From an uncultured Gammaproteobacteria bacterium (GTDB taxonomy: Bacteria > Pseudomonadota > Gammaproteobacteria > Steroidobacterales > Woeseiaceae), in NCBI GenBank assembly GCA_963697245.1, contig CAVONH010000021.1:59080-123079 (forward strand): a stretch of 64,000 bases of DNA, in the 5' to 3' direction. Positions 59,566 to 64,000 of this stretch are shown here, one piece after another. The translations under genes were made by a program, and so were the position numbers. Every line of letters starts with the position of its first letter. The first letter of the stretch is position 1. The notes under the pieces were generated by a model. The model was not told the DNA's origin. It ran no database searches and saw nothing but the letters and a program-made list of their open reading frames with translations.

Positions 59566-60502
59566 CGCGGTAACGGCGTTCGCTCCCGCGTCCATCGGCA
59601 ATGTCGGTGTCGGCTTCGACATGCTCGGCCTCGCCCTTGGTGGCGGCGCCGGCGATACAGTGATCGCAACACGCAGCGATTTGCCGGGCATTTCGATCGA
59701 GGAGGTGCGCGGACTGGATGGCGAGATACACCCCTACCTGTCCACCGACCCGAAGCAGAACACCGCGTCCATCGGGGCGCAGGCGCTGTGGGACGCCGCG
59801 GGCGCCTCCGGCGGCGCCGTGCTCAAGGTATACAAGGGTGTGCCGCTGCAGTCCGGCATGGGAAGTTCCGCGGCATCCGCGGTCGCGGCAGTGGTCGCGG
59901 TCAATGCGCTGCTCGACGAACCGCTCGCAACGCCGGAGCTGCTGTCGTATGCGCTCGAGGGCGAGAAATTCGCGAGCGGCGGGCTGCATGCGGACAACGT
60001 CGCCCCGAGTCTCCTCGGCGGCCTGGTGCTGTGCCCGACCGTGTTGCTGCCCGAGGTCGTGCGTCTGCCGGTACCCGCGGGCGTCAGCGCGGTGCTGTTG
60101 CACCCGGAGTTGCAGGTCAATACGGCGCACGCGCGCCGCGGCCTGGCCAAGGGCTACTCGATGGAACAATGGCTGCAGCAGCAGGGCTACCTGGCCGGCT
60201 TCATCGCCGCGTGCATGGCCGGGGATGTCGAGTTGATCGGCCGCACGCTGCGCGATGTCGTGATCGAGCCGCAGCGTGCTGCGGCGGTGCCGTGCTTCGA
60301 GGACGTCAAGGCGGCGGCGATGCGCAACGGCGCACTGGGCTGCAGTCTGTCGGGCAGCGGTCCGAGTATTTTCGCGCTGTGCGAAACGCGCAGCGGCCAC
60401 AACCTCGCCAGCGCCATGGAGCAGGCCTGCCGGGCGCTCGGTATCGCGTGCCAGTCCTGGGTCAGTCCGCTGGACGCACCAGGCGCCAGGCTGGACGCCT
60501 GA
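59558..60502 (+). CDS. thrB: Homoserine kinase
   Basis: MSDAVTAFAPASIGNVGVGFDMLG...KGVPLQSGMGSSAASAVAAVVAVN (GHMP motif)...GCSLSGSGPSIFAL. It overlaps the thrA stop by 8 nt. Confidence 0.9.
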   Translation: MSDAVTAFAPASIGNVGVGFDMLGLALGGGAGDTVIATRSDLPGISIEEVRGLDGEIHPYLSTDPKQNTASIGAQALWDAAGASGGAVLKVYKGVPLQSGMGSSAASAVAAVVAVNALLDEPLATPELLSYALEGEKFASGGLHADNVAPSLLGGLVLCPTVLLPEVVRLPVPAGVSAVLLHPELQVNTAHARRGLAKGYSMEQWLQQQGYLAGFIAACMAGDVELIGRTLRDVVIEPQRAAAVPCFEDVKAAAMRNGALGCSLSGSGPSIFALCETRSGHNLASAMEQACRALGIACQSWVSPLDAPGARLDA

Positions 60503-60504
60503 CG

Positions 60505-61815
60505 ATGCAGTATTTCAGCACGCGCGGAGCAGGGCCGGTCACGCTCGACGACGCGCTGGTGAGCGGCATCGCCGCTGATGGCGGCTTGTTCCTGCCGCAG
60601 GCGTTGCCGCAATTCAGCGTCGACGACTTTGCCGCAGCGGATTCCATCCCGGCCGTTGCCACCCGGCTGCTGGAGCCGTTCTTCCAGGGTTCGGCGCTGC
60701 ACGGCGACCTGCAGGCGATCCTGGCGGAAACGTTCAGTTTCCCGATTCCCGTTACGCCGCTGCCCGCCGGGCGGGGGTCCGCCAGCCTGCTGGAGCTCTA
60801 TCACGGTCCAACCGCCGCGTTCAAAGACGTCGGTGCCGGATTCCTCGCCGCGTGCCTTATGCGGCTCGAAGGCGATGCGGCAGATCCGCTGACCATCCTG
60901 GTGGCAACGTCGGGCGACACCGGGGGTGCCGTGGCGGCCGCCTTCAACGAGCGGCCGGGTATGCGCGTGGTGGTGCTGTTCCCGGACGGCCGCGTCTCGG
61001 ATCGGCAGGCGCAGCAGCTGACGTGCTGGGGCGACAACGTGTTGTCGTTGCGCGTGCGCGGCGCGTTCGACGACTGCCAGTCGCTGGTGAAGAGCGCGCT
61101 CGCGGATGCCGGGCTCGGCAGCCGTTTTCGTTTCAGCTCGGCGAACAGCATCAATATCGGTCGGCTGCTGCCGCAGAGCACTTACTACGCGCACGCGAGC
61201 GTGGCGCACTACGCGAAAACCGGCCGCAGACCGGGGTTTATTATCCCGACGGGAAACCTGGGCAACGCGCTGGCCTGCGTGATGGCCCGCGAGATGGGTC
61301 TGCCCATCGGCCCGATCATCCTCGCAACGAACGCCAATCGCACGATCAGCGACTATTTCGAGACGCTGAAGTGGTTGCCGCGCCCCAGCGTGCAGACGCT
61401 CGCATCGGCGATGGACGTGGGCGACCCGAGCAACATGGAGCGCCTGCGGAGCCTGGTCGGCGATGCGCAAGTGCTGCGCGAGCGGCTCGGGGTTCTCGCC
61501 GTAACCGACGACCTCATCGAGGCGGCGATCCGCCGTGACTTTGACGAGTTCGGCTTTGCCACCTGTCCGCACACCGCGACGGCAACGCATGCCTGGCGAC
61601 AGCTCGACGAAGAGCTGCGAGTCGAACACGACTGGATACTGGTTGCGACCGCACACCCCGCCAAGTTCGAAACGATCGTCGAGCCGTTGATCGGCACGAC
61701 GGTACCGCTGCCGCAGGGGCTGGCCGATATCCTTTCCCGGCCGAGTCATTCCACGGCAATCGATGCGGATCTGTCCGCACTCGATACGGCGCTCAGTCAA
61801 TTCTTTTCGGCGTGA
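60505..61815 (+). CDS. thrC: Threonine synthase
   Basis: MQYFSTRG...ELYHGPTAAFKDVGAGF (PLP lysine)...VATSGDTGGAVA...SANSINIGRLLPQ...TGNLGN. Confidence 0.9.
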   Translation: MQYFSTRGAGPVTLDDALVSGIAADGGLFLPQALPQFSVDDFAAADSIPAVATRLLEPFFQGSALHGDLQAILAETFSFPIPVTPLPAGRGSASLLELYHGPTAAFKDVGAGFLAACLMRLEGDAADPLTILVATSGDTGGAVAAAFNERPGMRVVVLFPDGRVSDRQAQQLTCWGDNVLSLRVRGAFDDCQSLVKSALADAGLGSRFRFSSANSINIGRLLPQSTYYAHASVAHYAKTGRRPGFIIPTGNLGNALACVMAREMGLPIGPIILATNANRTISDYFETLKWLPRPSVQTLASAMDVGDPSNMERLRSLVGDAQVLRERLGVLAVTDDLIEAAIRRDFDEFGFATCPHTATATHAWRQLDEELRVEHDWILVATAHPAKFETIVEPLIGTTVPLPQGLADILSRPSHSTAIDADLSALDTALSQFFSA

Positions 61816-61880
61816 GCGCTTGACGATCGCATGATCAGTCGCCATTAATACGGCAGGTCACCGGGAGCCGGCCCCAACAT

Positions 61881-62447
61881 ATGTCAGAAATCCTCGATTC
61901 GGTTAACGCAACCTGGTTCCTGCCTGTGCTGGTGGTGCTGCTCGTGGTCTGGCTGGTCTACCGCCGCTACACGGCCGGAGATCACCTGCAGCGCGTGCTG
62001 AAGGAGGTCGCGTACGCGCGCATCGAGGGACTCGTCGTTCCCGACTCCGATGACGGCGAGATCCAGATCGATTACCTGTTGCTGACCTCGCAGGGCCTGT
62101 TGATCCTCCATATCAAGGACGTTGAGGGTGTCGTTTTCGGCAGCGACAAGATGCAGGACTGGACCGTCATCGCCAAGGATCGACGTTTCACTTTCTCGAA
62201 TCCGCAGCCGGCGCTGTACGATCGTATCGCCGCCGTCAGGCAGATCGTGCGCCAGGTCCCGGTCGAGGGCCGGGTGCTGTTTCTCGACGGCGCCGAGTTC
62301 ACCAAGGGTGTGCCGTCGATGGTGTGCACGCTCGACGAACTGCTCGAGCAGTTCGGAGAAAAGGACAAGGCGGCTGCGCGACGCAAGGTCGAGGCTTTCA
62401 AGCCGCACTGGGAACTGTTGCAGAAGAACGCACTCGGTGGCGCATGA
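61881..62447 (+). CDS. NERD (nuclease-related) domain membrane protein
   Basis: N-terminal TM helix. EIQIDYLLLTSQGLLILHIKDVEGVVFGSDKMQDWTVIAKDRRFTFSNPQPALYDRIAAV matches the NERD pattern (IDhhhh...G.hhhE.K...G.h.G....W........NP..Q). Confidence 0.7.
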   Translation: MSEILDSVNATWFLPVLVVLLVVWLVYRRYTAGDHLQRVLKEVAYARIEGLVVPDSDDGEIQIDYLLLTSQGLLILHIKDVEGVVFGSDKMQDWTVIAKDRRFTFSNPQPALYDRIAAVRQIVRQVPVEGRVLFLDGAEFTKGVPSMVCTLDELLEQFGEKDKAAARRKVEAFKPHWELLQKNALGGA

Positions 62448-62977
62448 GTTCGCGTATTCGACTGGTCGAGGCCGGCGCCGCGGATGCGGACGAGTTGTCG
62501 GCCGCCGGGCGGCGCCTGTTCGTACAGGCTTACGGCAATTACTCGCGGGCTGACGACCTCGAATCGCACGTCGAGGAGTATTTCGGCCGCGACGGCGTCG
62601 CCAGCGAGTTACAGAATACCGACGTAAGTTACACGATCGCGTTCGATGCCGATGCGATTGCCGGTTTCATCAAGATCCGTCGCGGCCCCGCGCCCGCCGC
62701 GGTGCCGGTCACAGACGCGATCGAGGTCCAGCAGCTGTACGTCGATGCAGAGCGGCAGCGCAAAGGCGTCGGGCGGGCACTGATGGACCGGGCGGTGACG
62801 GTCGCGCGGCAGGAGGGCCGGGCGGGGCTCTGGCTCAGCGTCTGGCAGGAGGCGGAGTGGGCGACGGCTTTCTATGAGGCATGCGGGTTTCGCAAGTCGG
62901 GCACTGCCGAGTTCTGGCTGGGCCGGACGTGCTTCATGGACTACCTGATGTGGCTGCCGCTGGACGGATCAGGCTGA
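62444..62977 (+). CDS. GNAT family N-acetyltransferase
   Basis: IEVQQLYVDAERQRKGVGRALMDRAV is the acetyl-CoA site (Q/RxxGxG/A), followed by ...FYEACGFRKSG. ATGA overlap with the NERD gene. Confidence 0.8.
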   Translation: MSSRIRLVEAGAADADELSAAGRRLFVQAYGNYSRADDLESHVEEYFGRDGVASELQNTDVSYTIAFDADAIAGFIKIRRGPAPAAVPVTDAIEVQQLYVDAERQRKGVGRALMDRAVTVARQEGRAGLWLSVWQEAEWATAFYEACGFRKSGTAEFWLGRTCFMDYLMWLPLDGSG

Positions 62978-62981
62978 CGGC

Positions 62982-63770
62982 TCATCGTTGCGCGGCGCCG
63001 GCGCCGCGCGGCGATTTCATCAGTGCCAGCAGTGCTTCACGGTCCTCCAGCCAGATGCGTCCGCGGCCGAGCTCCAGCGCACCCAGGCGCTCGAAGTCAT
63101 GCAGCTTGCGGTTGACAACCTCGCGCGCCGTGCCTATCGCGAGCGCCAGGTCGTCGTTGGTCATTTCGACCGTCGGGCGAGCCTGGCCGCAGTTGTCGAA
63201 TTCCTCGAGCAGCAGTTCGATCAGGCGATGATCGACGCTCCGCGTGGTGATATCACTGATACGCACAATGATCTCTTCGAAGCGGTCGGCCACGGACTGT
63301 TGTACGAACTGGTGAAATTCACTGAAGCGAGATGAGAGGTCGCGCACACCAGCGCGATTCAGGACGGCTGCCTTGAGGTTGGAAGATGCGTCTGCATTCG
63401 CCAGGGCGACCGTCCTCGCCAGCACCATGCGCATGTTTATCGGGCAGATTTCACCGGCGCGCACGTTGTAGAGCAGCACGCCGCGGCCGGACGTGCCAGC
63501 GACATAAACTCGAATGTTGCCGTCGCCGACGAGCCAGATCGATTCGCAGCGATCGCCCACCCTGAACAGGTGGCCGTTCCGCAGGTCCTTCTTGTCGAAC
63601 AGTTGCACATGTTGGAGCAATCCCGCGCGTAGCTCCGGCGATCCGTCGCGGTAGAACGAGTATTCACTCAGTACTCTGTCAGCTTTGTCCTGCATGCCTG
63701 CCCGTAAGCTCCCAAGCCTGCCCTGGCGTTCCATGCATGGTAAATGGCACGGCGCATTCGACTCTATCAT
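62982..63770 (-). CDS. Crp/Fnr family transcriptional regulator
   Basis: cNMP-binding-like beta-roll (GHLFRVGDRCESIWLVGDGNIRVYV...GRGVLLYNVRAGEICPINM) and a C-terminal HTH (MTNDDLALAIGTAREVVNRKLHDFERLGALEL). The start is uncertain; 63734 or 63695 are alternatives. Confidence 0.8.
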   Translation of the reverse strand: MIESNAPCHLPCMERQGRLGSLRAGMQDKADRVLSEYSFYRDGSPELRAGLLQHVQLFDKKDLRNGHLFRVGDRCESIWLVGDGNIRVYVAGTSGRGVLLYNVRAGEICPINMRMVLARTVALANADASSNLKAAVLNRAGVRDLSSRFSEFHQFVQQSVADRFEEIIVRISDITTRSVDHRLIELLLEEFDNCGQARPTVEMTNDDLALAIGTAREVVNRKLHDFERLGALELGRGRIWLEDREALLALMKSPRGAGAAQR

Positions 63771-63854
63771 GGTTTACCGAGGGGGGTTACCCGGACTTCG
63801 GGCAAGGCTGCTACACTTCATCGAGATCACTGAATGATCCGGGGAGGCCGCGTT

Positions 63855-64000
63855 TTGCAACAAGTAGGTAACCTGCTCGATGACAAGGGCACCGAGATTT
63901 TCAGCATTGCGCCGGAGGCGACAGTAGCCGAGGCTGTGGACCTGATGGCCGACAAGGGTGTCGGTTCGTTGCTGGTGATGCAGGCCGGTGAACTTCGAGG
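63855..64000 (+). CDS. CBS domain-containing protein, 5' fragment (runs off window)
   Basis: (M)QQVGNLLDDKGTEIFSIAPEATVAEAVDLMADKGVGSLLVMQAGEL is a typical CBS pair opening. The TTG at 63855 is preceded by GGGGAGG. An in-frame ATG at 63834 is an alternative start. Confidence 0.65.
   Translation, partial: MQQVGNLLDDKGTEIFSIAPEATVAEAVDLMADKGVGSLLVMQAGELR

Noticed and set aside
57043-59691. 882-aa ORF on the minus strand
   Set aside because: Antisense to thrA/thrB. Arg/Ala/Asp-rich with no recognisable domain. The sense-strand thrA reading is conclusive.

Overview
High-GC (mid-60s % by eye) chromosomal segment with gammaproteobacterial gene order. I count about 65 protein genes and one tRNA.

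Conserved housekeeping blocks:
- EF-G (truncated by the window start)
- queC-queE
- fhs
- arfB plus a PHP phosphoesterase
- sucA-sucB-lpdA
- relA
- yebC-ruvC-ruvA-ruvB
- ybgC-tolQ-tolR-tolA-tolB-pal-cpoB
- tRNA-Lys(UUU)
- thrA-thrB-thrC

Between these lie accessory or poorly characterised genes:
- DUF4389, DUF4397, DUF3300, DUF885 and DUF5658 proteins
- an OmpR/histidine-kinase pair
- an SPFH protein followed by an Arc-like micro-ORF
- alkB
- a NERD-GNAT pair
- a Crp/Fnr regulator

Most interesting observations:
1. A ~260-bp AT-rich array of at least seven GTCGA/TCGAC inverted-repeat pairs lies directly upstream of a class II Fic gene. The Fic gene sits in a small island with two uncharacterised membrane proteins (21955-25060).
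2. A 64-aa peptide with a textbook double-glycine leader is convergent with a CPBP/Abi intramembrane protease. This looks like a bacteriocin plus immunity module, but no exporter is in view (35414-36440).
3. About 23 single-base frame disruptions fall in ten genes. They are concentrated in two blocks (2.8-6.3 kb and 16.2-21.5 kb).
4. Short, strongly AT-rich patches are embedded in relA and EF-G.
5. A REP-like element family shows compensatory stem changes, and a 50-bp tandem duplication spans the lpdA stop codon.

I found no CRISPR array, transposase, integrase, rRNA or prophage.

All functional calls come from reading the translations by eye, using motifs and my recollection of protein families. 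No database search was possible.
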